From Laetmonice hystrix (Eukaryota), in NCBI GenBank assembly GCA_965235115.1, contig OZ249439.1:12338001-12402000 (forward strand): DNA of 64,000 nucleotides, given 5' to 3'. Each line of letters opens with the position of its first letter. Position 1 is the stretch's first letter. Position numbers and translations under genes: made by a program. This document shows positions 51,335-64,000 of this stretch, one piece after another. The notes beneath the pieces were generated by a model, which was given only the letters and a program-made list of their open reading frames with translations, made no database searches and had not been told where the DNA came from.

Positions 51335-54300
51335 CAGCAGCAGCTCGACTCTCCGCCGTGCTGAGATTAGCTGGTCGTTTGGAGAGCTGTTATATAAAGG
51401 AGGCCAAGTTGGTCAATCGTGGCTCCCCACCGTGGCGAATTACCGGGTACGGTGCCTGAAAGGGTTGCTCTTAGATGACTATTACCTCTATCATACCGCT
51501 CCAACATAGCTACCTGCCGCAGGTAGGACATAATGGCTACTGAACACTTCATTCACCGCGGATAAATATTCCCACAAAGGTAGACAACCAACCCGCTTTG
51601 ATCGTGGCGATCTGCCGACTGATCAATAAAGATCAAATGACTCCAATTCCCTTCAAGGCAATCGATCCTCTTCCCTGAGAACAATGGTCTGGTGGTCGTC
51701 CAGCGCGCCACGGAGCCCTCAACTACTTGTACCGGTGGTGAGAGAGCCCAGAGTTATCAACGCCATCATAATTACGTGGAGATGAAGGCCCACTGAGAGA
51801 CGAGCACCTCTACACTTTGACACATTAACATCTAAGACCATCAAAGTCCTCTCTCTCTGAAATTAAGCCGCAAGCCCTCTCACTGGCGTTCACGTAATGA
51901 GCACGGTCTTAATTCCCTATCAGGGTCATCATTTTTATGATGCTCCATCAGATGGGATCCAAAGATTACATCTCTGGAGAGACAATTTAGTGGTACTGGC
52001 ATCGAAATGATGGTACATTTTATATGACAAGATATCTAAGTTTGAAGCATTTTGTTTGATTATTTGGCTTTTTCGTGACAGCGTTTTTGTGTGTTACAGC
52101 TAGTTGACTGTTCTGTACTTCTGTGCTGAAGTAATCCATTTACAGATTGCCATGTGTGGTGCTACATTTCAGATACGTGCATGACAATCAGGAATACTTA
52201 TACTCTAACAGCATTAGTAATATTAAAGATCTCAAAGTTTCATTAGTGTAATTTTCTACATTATTCATTCGTGTATAGTTTACAAGGTTCGCGTTTCTTC
52301 CCATGCACTTAAAGAGATTCTATATCAGAACCAGTTTCATTAACTAGAAACGGTATGAACTGTATGCAGCACTTTGCTCAAAGCGTGTTGATTGCATGAG
52401 ACTGGGCCTACTTGCTGAAGTCGCGCCCCCAAATACTGCCAGAGATGGCGCCACCTGTCGCGGGCGCGGGGAACGTTTGTGTCCCCCAAGATTTCCGTAA
52501 TGAACCGGTTGACGTGTGTACCTGTCAGCTTGGCCTGGTAGACTTCCACAGACACCATGTTTCTTCTAGGGACTGTCTCCAACGTTTCACGACGGCACCA
52601 ATCTTACACGGCCCTCCTCCTGAGAACGAGTTTAAAAGTTAGCCACTAAAACACCTTAGTGGCCTACACTAGACAGCCCCCGCCTGGCTACCCCGCTCTC
52701 CATCAGCCCACTGGCCATGTACCTGTTGCGGGTCTGTCGCAAATTGACCAATTAGATTGATCATCCGTCTAAAAGTGATCGCGGGGTGAGAGTGGCTGTG
52801 ACATGGATGCCCACCTGAATGTGGGAAGGCCGGCCGGGTGATGTTGGACTACCGGCCTGAGTTAGTCCGCCCCTAGATGATCCAGTGCCCCTGGGGCAAT
52901 TAGGTCCGCCCCCGGGCCTGCCCATCCCGTGTACCTCCAGCACGACAAGCACCTACTGGAAGAGGTTACCTCAAGCCAACCGGCCTCACATCCCATTCTG
53001 GTGCACATTGGGAGGTTCTACACCAACCATTACCGCTATCGGTCTCTTCCACTTGTTGGCCCCCGCCCCCGACAACATCCACCGACCGTAGAACAAAACG
53101 GGGCAGTCAGAGCATCCTTTCTAAATTAGCTTTTACTTTTAATGGTGTTTTCGAAACAAACCCCCCCCCCCCCCCCAGATTGACATTCTAATTTCTAATT
53201 AAGACGAAATACCTCGGTGTACATCAAACGTTCATGGGTACATCGAGGTGTAGCTAGATCTACCTATACTTCCAGCGTAAACTCCCGAATGATGCCAAGC
53301 AGATGTACCTAATTTCAGTCACCCCTCACGTTTCTTTCCATTAGGGTAATCAAATCTGAGATTTCCATATGGCTGACACCTTCACGTGAGGTGTCGAGAT
53401 TGCAGCGTTCATTTCGGAACGCGATCCCTCCGCCCGGTTTCTTCATGTCGGACATGGCCGCCAGATGGCACGGTCAGCGCCCCACCGTAAGGAGCGTTCT
53501 AGTGGAAGTGGCACGCTCAATCAGTCAGCAGACACGGTCACGTTTTTTTCACCTCACTGCGCGGCTATTGGGCTGCTGCAATGCTGGACAAGACTGGTAC
53601 TGTGGCGTAGAAGCACAGTCCATACACTGACTAAAGTTACCTTATAGCTATAGGCGCCCAGATTTGACTTCTGCGGTCATACACGTTATTGTCTCTTTTT
53701 GTCATAATCGTTACTCGTCCCTAATTCTACATGGAATAATTTCTCCTGTCCAGTTATAGGTCCCTATTTATCTTCAAGACGAACCCAGGTAAATAAGTAC
53801 GTCTCCAATGTTATAGGTTGAGAAAGAAATAAAGGTGTATATGCCTATTCAGTGCAGAAGCGAACTCTTACGGGAGAAATTACATTGTGCTAGTCCAAAA
53901 GACTTTTTCCTTTTGGGCCACAGTAGGTTGATCCGTGTGGCCAGCAAGCCCGCCCCCTGCTGGACCCTTATTAAAATGCCAATATGGTCGCGCTGACCAG
54001 CGCCGCTCAATGGATGCCGGATTGTGCACATCAAAGCTGCTACTCAACACTGTAATCATAGAGCATTTCATACAGGTTCTACGCTACCGCACACATATTT
54101 AGGTGCTACCTCGCCCGCTCTGAGACATTAACACCTTGTCCTGTCATCTGCCACTTGCAGCCACCTCCCACACCAATATTACAGCCTTAAGACCATAATA
54201 AGGAGGTTAACAACAGATTTCTTACCCATTGCTGCCTTTCAACCTTTCAAAGCGGGTTTTCTATAGGCTGGCTGCATCAATCAATGCACCATACGTTGAA

Positions 54301-56134
54301 AAACTAGATAATGTAGGCATAAATCCTGTTCACCTGGCAGAAATTATAAACTACAGACATCGGCTGTAATAGCCGCAGTGAGGGTTCCGCGTGTATCACA
54401 CCAACGGTGAAGGTGGTGAAATACGGAGCATCATTCAATACGCCTTCACAGCATCAGGCCTTTCCCCCTGACTGCCGACACGGACGTAGTGCTTCAACAA
54501 GTCGCTAGGTGACGCTGCTGGCCACCTGCTGGCGGCACCGTCTGGGGCAGTGACACCGATAGGTGAGAGGACAACAGCGAAGATTTGTCTCTCAGTGGGA
54601 GCCCTTCAGAAAGCGTGGACCCTTCGACACTCTTTAAATCTGGCTCCCTGCGCTGAAACCATCCACCTTGATTGAAACCCCTGTTATTTAGGTCACGTTT
54701 TTAACCTGAGCTTCAAACTGCCAAACTCTGGTGACCAGGGCCCACCTGGCAAACACCTGATGACTTGTAATCACTTCTCGGACGCTGGTGTAATTAGTGT
54801 ACCTTTAATATTTCTCCATGATTGATTACACATGCCCCACCGTGTCAAACAGTATTGCGTATTTTCACACAATCGTTTTCCAGGCACCGTGTGAGTTTAA
54901 AAAAACGATTTAATCTGCGATGGTTTCAGTCCTTACACTTGGCTACAAATCTGCATGTATGACACAGAACTTTCAACTGTATTGCCAACCTTTTACTTAG
55001 CCAATTTCTGCACCAATAAAATCATAAATGTACTACAGAATTCTGAGAGAAAAGTTGATTTCTTAAGTTACATACAGGTTAGTGATCCGAATCCTGTGTA
55101 TCCAATCATCGCCTACAAACTGCGCCGTCAACAGTTACAATCGTCGCCCCTACACTCGCACACACATAACTTATCTTCATACGTTTTTTGTCATTCACAA
55201 CCATGCGTTACTCAAAATGCATGACTGCCTTCCCAGCAGGAAAGTTGACTGGTGTAAATTGGGGTGACTTCTGACAACCTTCACCCCCACCCCCCACCGT
55301 ACAGACGGTTGGTGACACTGACATTGTGGGGTAATAACCTGAACATGAAACCACAACGTTCAACACACCACAGCGAGAAAACACAGAAAATGTTGAAACA
55401 GGATTCGTATTCATTGGTCCAACAATTTCCCTGACATATTGCGGTACTCAAAAATGACACCAAAAGACAGATTAAAAATCAGGTCTGACTACGTCCTATA
55501 TCTAGGGCCCTCTTTTGAAATTTGCAGTGCCGTCCTAAAAATCAAGTAATTAAAAGGAGATCCTAAAAGGATTCACAAAACCTAAACATGAGAACATTTC
55601 CTCTGGGTAAAGTGCTGAGGGGGTGATCAATTCCGAGCCATCACAATCTAAGATAAATTGGAGAGGGTACCTGACATTCTATGGTTGTGAATACCATGTC
55701 TGCACTTTGTGCTGAAGTGCCTCATTGGTCGTAAAGATCAACACGAGGTAGGACGTGTTGTAGATGAGGCCGGTTATATTGACAGCCATTGTTTTCTATG
55801 TTACCAAGGTTACTGTGTGAATGTGGTCACTAACCCAGATATGGGCCGATTTATGGTTTCGGTCTCGTGACATCACGGCCACGCGAGATATAGTGGCGTA
55901 GAAAATAGGATTAACGAAACAACGCCTGGGGTTGGGGGTAGGTATTATACGGCGGGACCCCTCGTCAATGAGAGCTAAAACGTATCCTTGGTATGCCGAT
56001 CGATCCCATTACTCGAGTTGTACCAAGTCTTCGTGCACAGATCTCACAGACAATGACTTCACATGGAATGTCGTAAGCTGAGCACAAACTAGGTTTGCCT
56101 TATATTTAAGGTCTTCATGCGTTCTGTCAGCCAA

Positions 56135-56315
56135 CAGCCGGTACATCGCCCATGATAACTTAAACCCCACGAAATCTGGTCGAACGTAAAGATCCATGGC
56201 CCTGACCTTATCCCTAACCCCTAACCCCAGTCCCTACACCTCCCAAAAACATATCCCTATCCCTGACCTTAACCCTAACCCTTGCCCAAAAATTTCGTGC
56301 GAAAGTTATAATGGG
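56135..56315 (+). repeat. Interspersed repeat fragment, copy 2 (CCCTAA-like motifs)
   Basis: Same anchors in the same order as 23325-23478; contains ccctaacccctaacccc and ccttaaccctaaccc. Confidence 0.7.
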
Positions 56316-58347
56316 GGTACGTATAATAACCCAACAGCCAGACCTCTCGGTACAAACCGTTTGATATTTTCAAATTCATGCTGTACCTGTCAGGTACGTA
56401 TCGATATGATATATTATGATACACGTACATATTTCATACGATTGAGTTTGATTTCATTGTGGAAACCTGCAGGCTATACTAATCACTGTAAGTACTGACC
56501 ACGAGGGGGAGCCACCATCTGCCGGGGGGAGAGATTGGCCAGCAGTTAACGTAAGCCATGTTATGTAAGTACAGCGGATATCCCCCCCCCCGCCCCCGAA
56601 TGTATGTTTTACCATCATGGAACCAATCATGCCATGATGGCTCGACTTCCTGGTTTGTGACAACAATTAATGTAACAAGCACAACTGGTTGACAGGTATC
56701 TAATCAAACTAATTCCTGCAGGTATAATCAAATGCAATAATTTTACTAGATAAAACCAGGGAAGGGCGATTGTGATCTGATTAAGTAATCACATTCATGA
56801 TTAATTTCAATCCCTCTAATAATGATAAAGATCGTTTTATATCATCAAATCTCTATTACAGTTTACTGAAATACGAGTTCGGTATTCAACAATTTACAGG
56901 CCACTTCTGATGAAGGATGACGTTTAGAACAAGAACGTACTTAGGCTGGAGATTAACCCAATCCGTGGATTTACGCCTATTTCCAGTCACCAGAAAGTCA
57001 GAATTTTCTAGACTTTTCTCCATTTTGGAGAATGGCCCTTATTTCGTTGGCCAAGCAGAATAAAATTCAACGTACCCAGCCTTAAATCTATGCTAGGTAG
57101 TAAGTTAAGCCATTCTTGGGATTAACTTCATAAAATGTTCTTGCATACGGCCAAATGTAACTTGTAAGTAACTGGTTGTGTCAACCCTCGAATATATTAC
57201 ATTGCCTTCAATGTAATGAGAATGAAAATGATTTATATGTAAAATTATGAATAACAGGAAAGATCACTTTGACACCAGAAACGACGACCTTCAAAGGATT
57301 CCAAATAGCACTGAGAAAATGTAAAACCATAATTCATGTACACAGATAAATAATAAGTAACAAGATGGTGCAGCGTTCCGATTAAAACCGACCGTTTCTG
57401 TGAACGTTTTATAGAGAACCTAACGAAATGTGACCAGTTAATACCAGTACAATCTGTCTGGTCGACAAGGTAATGAAGACCCTGCCCGAGCCGTGTGACA
57501 TTCCCCTGCGAGTGACTTCACAAAGTCCACTGTCTCCCTGGATCCCCTCGAGATGGCGCTAATGATGAGCACTATCCCGTGTGTCATTGTGTTCACGACC
57601 ACCCACCGGGAGGTCTTATTTCAGCCCCATCAGCGGGCACGGCCGCACTCTATAAGTCTGTTGCACAATAATAAGTAACTTGACATCGGCCGACATTAGG
57701 CTGACTTTATATGCTGTCTGTATTGTGCCGTCTGGCGTAGATTACGCTGCTGTGGCGGTCACTTTCAGCCTCACCTCAGCCAATGCCTCAGGGCAGGGTA
57801 TTAGTCTGGTGGCCATCACACACCACAATCAGAGGGCTGTTTTCACTCTGCTTGCAAAGTTAATCTCAGATTGTAAAGATTATCAGGCAGTGTGAAAAGC
57901 CGATTTTACACTCTCATAGTTACATTTGAAATATTTGTGAACCGTTCAAATTCAATGTGATTAACTCAGGAGGTTTGATGTAACAGAGGTGACTTCTTCT
58001 GTCAGATACTGTGTCTGATTGTGTTCTTGGATTCCAGAGAATAATGTCCTCTGTACAACACCTTTCATTGACAATTCTATGGCATTATGTGGCATCTTGA
58101 TGTCTGTCCTCTTCATTACTGAGGTATGTAACATCACATAACTATTCAGTCATTGCGTGCACCTTTCTCTCTGGAAATCAGCAGTGCAAGAACCTGTCAT
58201 CTGTCCCTACATTTTGTGTGGAAAACGTCTGAATCTGTATGCTTTCAAACATACATTGCCGTCCCCACCACACAATAACAGCCTGCGTAACCACAACATT
58301 TACAAAGCCACAATGTAATCCGACAAATGGAACATTCTTTCCTCCGC

Positions 58348-58462
58348 TTTCTTCAAAGTCACCCTGCAGCCCGACGTGAGAAAGTAGCCTTAATCTTACA
58401 CTAATACACGCTAGGATTTCTTCAAAGTCACCCTGCAGCCCGATGTGAGAAAGTAGCCTTAA
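58348..58462. repeat. Left fragment (~1.7 units) of the 69-bp minisatellite
   Basis: Same unit and orientation as 60253-61800; ends at TTAA. Confidence 0.9.
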
Positions 58463-60252
58463 AGGAACACTCTTCTCCTGCTTATTGAGTTATCAGATGT
58501 TAACTTGATAGTACTAGAGCCCGTCTATACCATATTCATATTTTTAGGCTGCCCTTGTAATTAATGATTATTAATTAAAAACGGGACTTTGTAGTTGATA
58601 GTCTTTTCGCCATCTTGCAAAAAGGACACATGCTGACGCCTTGCGGAAATCTACAGAACTATAGCTGCCACCTGGCAAAATGCTGGTAGTGACGTCACGA
58701 AGGGACAACAACTTTGGTAGGCCTAGGCCTACAGCGTAGACTGAAGGCGTAGACTAGCTAAACTTACCGCGAGTTTGGCCCACAACAAGGAGTATTCCAG
58801 AACTTTGTGCGGCAGTGGGGTTGTAACAACCGAAACTGGATTAAGAATTTGGATCAACAAAGGAGCTTTCATGCTTTCCCCTCTAAAATAAAACCTGTAG
58901 CAGTGTAGGCTGTATAATTCTGAAGAGGTGGGTGCACAACAATACATGCGTCGAGGTAGGCCTAAGGCTAAGCTAAGGCTAAGCTAAAGTAAAGTGGATT
59001 TGTTCCAACAGCGATCCACCCGCATAGTGTGAATGTCTCGATTTTTTTCTGTGACTAACTAAACTTGTCAGTCTTAAACTTCTACCTAACTGATTAGGCC
59101 TAGGCCTAGACTCCGTTTCTGCTGTGACTAGGGTCGAGAGTGCAGTCTAGTGACTAGTCTAGGCCCCGTAGATCTAATCTCATTCTAGTATTTCTACTGT
59201 CCAGTCACCAGTGCAGTGGCAGTGATTAGTATATTGGCAGAAGGAGGGGGCAAACGGCCCAATATACCACCAATTTACACTTTGAAAATTCTGAGGGGTG
59301 GGGGAGTATTTACCAAAGACCGGTTTTCCAAGACAACCCGTGGGCGTGACCGGCCTGTAGCAGGCCTACTGTCAAGCCGCCCCCGCCAACTCCGTCGCCA
59401 AGCTGCACGCCGGGCTCAGGCACTGAGTGAGCCGAGGACAGACACCCATACTAAGGCCATTGGGGGGGGGGGGGGGTGATCCAGGATTTTGCATAAAAAA
59501 ATAATTTTGCAAGGGGGGGGGGGGGGCTTGACCTAGCTAGGTGCGCCGTAGTCTGACATAGATACACTGCAAAATGATAACCCTCAGCCTGGACTGGCTG
59601 GAGTCAGCCGGGGGGGGGGGGGGTTAGCCTTAGGCAGGGCCTACTACTAGTAGCCTACTGCTACTGCTGCCCCCCCCCCCTCAGAAATTTCTAGATACGG
59701 CCCTACATACGTGTAGGGCCTACCTCCATAGCTTATATTATCTTGGAAACCGGCTAGGGCATATTTTCGACCTACTTCCTTAGGCTAATGCTATGGGTAT
59801 GGCTATGTCTATGGATGATGGATGTAGCCGGGGGAGGGGGCGGGGGTTCCGAGGGTTCTGACGAACCCCTCTCACTTTTGTGGGCCACTATTAAAATAAA
59901 TACACTATAGAACTATAGATATCATTGCCGAAACTTATTTAACAGGTCCCTATTTAAACTATCAGGTCGCTACATGAGCAGACCGCCTACTTGTCAACAC
60001 TTGTTTAACGAGGGCCGAGGCATATCCAGGGCTGAGTGAGTCCCTTCGTGACGTAGTCAAAGATGTAGCCAAGTAATTGCTATTATTGCCGCAAGAGGGC
60101 GCGCGGTGCGCCAATGGCGGCGACTATGAATCTGCATTAAAGTTCTTTTTGACAATATAATATAAACTGTTTGATGTTAAAAAAATAACATGGGTTGTAG
60201 AATTATGCCTTCTTCAATTCTAAATATGATTTAGCTCGAGAAAAGCATTCCT
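58463..60252. mobile_element. 1.79-kb non-autonomous Kolobok-like DNA transposon inserted in the 69-bp array
   Basis: TTAA|AGGAACACTCTTCTC ... GAGAAAAGCATTCCT|TTAA, TIR 12/15 identical; array units continue on both sides of the TTAA; no transposase ORF seen. Confidence 0.8.
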
Positions 60253-61800
60253 TTAAATCTTACACGAATACACGCTAGGATTTCTTCAAAGTCACCCTGC
60301 AGCCCGATGTGAGAAAGTAGCCTTAATCTTACATTTATACACGCTAGGATTTCTTTAAAGTCACCCTGCAGCCCTATGTGAGAAAGTAGCCTTAATCTTA
60401 CACTAATACACGCTAGGATTTCTTCAAAGTCACCCTGCAGCCCGATGTGAGAAAGTAGCCTTAATCTTACACTAATACACGCTAGGATTTCTTCAAAGTC
60501 ACCCTGCAGCCCGATGTGAGAAAGTATCCTTAATCTTACACTAATACACGCTAGGATTTCTTCAAAGTCACCCTGCAGCCCGATGTGAGAAAGTAGCCTT
60601 AATCTTACACTAATACACGCTAGGATTTCTTCAAAGTCACCCTGCAGCCCGATGTGAGAAAGTAGCCTTAATCTTACACTAATACACGCTAGGATTTCTT
60701 CAAAGTCACCCTGCAGCCCGATGTGAGAAAGTAGCCTTAATCTTACACTAATACACGCTAGGATTTCTTCAAAGTCACCCTGCAGCCCGATGTGAGAAAG
60801 TAGCCTTAATCTTACACTAATACACGCTAGGATTTCTTCAAAGTCACCCTGCAGCCCGATGTGAGAAAGTAGCCTTAATCTTACACTAATACATGCTAGG
60901 ATTTCTTCAAAGTCACCCTGCAGCCCGATGTGAGAAAGTAGCCTTAATCTTACACTAATACACGCTAGGATTTCTTCAAAGTCACCCTGCAGCCCTATGT
61001 GAGAAAGTAGCCTTAATCTTACACTAATACACGCTAGGATTTCTTCAAAGTCACCCTGCAGCCCGATGTGAGAAAGTAGCCTTAATCTTACACTAATACA
61101 CGCTAGGATTTCTTCAAAGTCACCCTGCAGCCCGATGTGAGAAAGTAGCCTTAATCTTACACTAATACACGCTAGGATTTATTCAAAGTCACCCTGCAGC
61201 CCGATGTGAGAAAGTAGCCTTAATCTTACACTAATACACGCTAGGATTTCTTCAAAGTCACCCTGCAGCCCTATGTGAGAAAGTAGCCTTAATCTTACAC
61301 TAATACACGCTAGGATTTCTTCAAAGTCACCCTGCAGCCCGATGTGAGAAAGTAGCCTTAATCTTACACTAATACACGCTAGGATTTCTTCAAAGTCACC
61401 CTGCAGCCCGATGTGAGAAAGTAGCCTTAATCTTACACTAATACACGCTAGGATTTCTTCAAAGTCACCCTGCAGCCCTATGTGAGAAAGTAGCCTTAAT
61501 CTTACACTAATACATGCTAGGATTTCTTCAAAGTCACCCTGCAGCCCGATGTGAGAAAGTAGCCTTAATCGTACACTAATACACGCTAGGATTTCTTCAA
61601 AGTCACCCTGCAGCCCGATGTGAGAAAGTAGCCTTAATCTTACACTAATACACGCTAGGATTTCTTCAAAGTCACCCTGCAGCCCGATGTAAGAAAGTAG
61701 CCTTAATCTTACACTCATACACGCTAGGATTTCTTCAAAGTCACCCTGCAGCCCGATGTGAGAAAGTAGCCTTAATCTTACACTCATACACGCTAGGATT
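60253..61800. repeat. 69-bp minisatellite, ~22 copies
   Basis: Unit tacacgctaggatttcttcaaagtcaccctgcagcccgatgtgagaaagtagccttaatcttacactaa, highly homogeneous. Confidence 0.95.
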
Positions 61801-64000
61801 TGGGGCCTCAAGAGTGTGAGTACAACGTCAAGGACCGTCTCCCATAGACTTCCCATAGAACCGTTCTAAAACTGACGCAATATCTCATACTCAGTTCACT
61901 ATGGAAGAACCCGTCCTATACAAATTAACGTTAAGCTGCCGGATCACCTTAAATACCCGGTTAGCCTCAAACTGAACGAAGCTCTCACACATCATTTAGC
62001 TCAAACAACTAGAACCCTCACTCAAAATAAGCCTGGTGGAGCCCTTCCCCTTCAAAAACTGTATGGACGACCCCTAACACTCCATCCCCATACATTGGAA
62101 TCCCTCAGATATAGTACAGTTTGGAAAGTCACTAATTTGTCTGCACACAATAAGCATTGTCTTCTCAGACTTTTGAAGCCTTATACAAATATTAGGGACT
62201 GCTTCACCTCTTAACTTCTCATCCTTTTGCGAAATGCGAACCAGATTATAGGTGATTTATCATCATGCCTCGGGGGCCCTTATTTTCCCTCTTTAGCAGA
62301 TAAAACGGCGTTTCTGGTATATAGTCGCCTGGTAAATAGGTAACTAGACCCCAGGTAACCAAAGACAGGATCCGTATTACCAACGTCCGTAAAGTTCTCG
62401 AGGTGTTTCTTACAGACACTCCCATAGACGGGTACGAGGTGTCGAGGACGGCCATTCGTACTAAATACACTAAGAACACAGTGCAGCAATATAAACCGCA
62501 CAGATTCACCACAGGAAACGCAAATGTTTCCAATATTTCACGCTTTCTTTTTTTTTCTTCTTCTTTTCTTTCTCCCCTCGTTCTCATTTTTATTGCAAAG
62601 CTCGCCGATTGAAAGGGAGAATTTAATGGCACTGGAGAAGTGAAATGTTGTCCACTAATTAACGGAAATCGATTGCCAGTAAACCTAATCTGAAATGCCT
62701 ACAATTTAATGAACCCATTGTAGTAACAACAAAACAGGCACGACCAGCATGTATACACTGTGTTTATCTTTTGTCCATCAACTTTGGTTTGTATTTTCAC
62801 GGCTTTGCGAGTTTGCTGTCGGCAGTAAACAAACGTGAGATGGTGGTGGCCGGTTAGGCCGCGGGTGGGCGGAGGGGGGGGGGGATTCCTGGTTGTCGGT
62901 CTCTCAGCCATGGTGATAACAATTAACAAGCCACACTCCAAGCAAGGTGTCTGCAATCCAGACAAGGGACCCATCTCACACAAACAGTCGGCCGTGATGA
63001 TGGCACCTGCCAGTAATGACCGTTAACACATCAAAGGCTGCTGCTAATACCTGGCAGATTATACCTTTGAAGGCGCCTCTATGAATCCAACAGATCGTCA
63101 TGGTTATTGTGAATAGGGGATTATAGAGTCTATCTGCCCTAATCCTCATCTCGTGACTTGATAATAGAAGCAATGATACGGTTCTTGGAGCGCAACAATC
63201 AAACATACCCAAGCTGTCCATCCAACATCTAATTGCAGTTTACTGTTAAATCTCTAATTCTACGTTCTTCCTATTTCTTTCCTACCCTTCCACAGAAACG
63301 ATTTGTCTCTATCGCCCTTACAGACATATATGTGGAGAATATGCTTTATCAAAAAAATCCCATTATGCACTATATTATCCTAGCGGTTATTATGGCGGGA
63401 CTTGAACCCTGAGTGATCTACACTGCCCAAAGACTTACCTGTCATCTTCTTATCATTGGACATTACGGCAACATAAACACAATGTACTCAGAAAAACAAA
63501 GGACTGTTTAGTACGTGTATGTGGAAATTATCTTCCAATCTTTATGTTGTGGCATAATAAATAAATTACACAAACACATGTACAGCATGGTAAAACAAAA
63601 TTATTAGTAACTGATTATCAGCACTGGAGAAAAAATAGACACCAGCCTCTGAAATAGGGTTTCTCTGAATTGCCTTGCAACCTAAAGTTGCTCTGAACAC
63701 CGAGTTATTTACACGCTGGAGTTAGACATTCACGTAAATATACAGTGTTAATCTGTGGATGTCATAACTCTATCCTTACATTTGTCTCCTCTCCGCTGTT
63801 TGATGGATTTCTCATGTTTTATTCGGCAATGCACAGCTTTCCTTATTTCAGACGCTGTATATGTACACGACAGAAGGGCAAAAATGGGGTCAGGAGTAGT
63901 ATGAAGGAAGAGCCGGTAATGGTTTGTCGAGGCCATGGCCCGGAAACATGTGTGTGTATGTTAGTTCAGCACTGGGACATGCTCGAATCGGTGGTAGTTT

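Noticed and set aside
52642-52672. Hairpin gccactaa-N6-ttagtggc followed by CTAG as a Helitron 3' end
   Set aside because: CTAG is followed by A rather than T, and no 5' TC end or related copy was found.
33512-54815. TTAAAGGTAC at 33512 and its inverse near 54810 as ends of a 21-kb element
   Set aside because: Only 10 bp match and it does not extend.
3343-61800. Tandem arrays as CRISPR arrays
   Set aside because: Units are directly adjacent with no unique spacers, there are no cas genes, and the context is eukaryotic.
3343-61800. Shared TGAC/GTCA 4-mer in many minisatellite units
   Set aside because: A 4-mer is expected frequently in units of this length; 7 of 11 is not persuasive.
61179-61856. 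225-aa ORF of 23-aa repeats, and the similar ORFs at 3290-4179, 16925-18476 and 49986-50888
   Set aside because: All lie within minisatellites, are open in several frames, and shift frame at unit indels.
63394-63408. tRNA B-box-like GGTTCAAGTCCC on the minus strand
   Set aside because: No convincing A box or cloverleaf; at most a SINE trace.

Overview
Animal, non-vertebrate-looking genomic DNA, almost entirely non-coding. There is no prokaryotic gene organisation, and the long ORFs in the supplied track are artefacts of tandem repeats. The only well-supported coding sequence is two minus-strand exons with canonical splice sites and matching phase 0. Exon 7393-7623 is polyproline-rich and exon 1-101 runs off the window. 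Together they read ...PWALTQRELE|VHQLLQMLKQDPDADSAYSGDGSNTDSGRGPSE, which resembles a protocadherin-type cytoplasmic tail (family call from motif recall, not a database hit). The ~56 kb upstream of these exons shows no cadherin-repeat exon and is probably one very large intron. It holds about a dozen unrelated minisatellite arrays (~10 kb, ~16% of the window) and two TTAA-flanked Kolobok-like DNA elements, one of which splits a 69-bp array. It also holds a 50-bp-TIR MITE, a decayed DIRS retrotransposon, a probable LINE remnant, a few unexplained ATG-less open frames and an apparent excess of CTCF-like motifs. All coordinates, counts and translations were read by eye.
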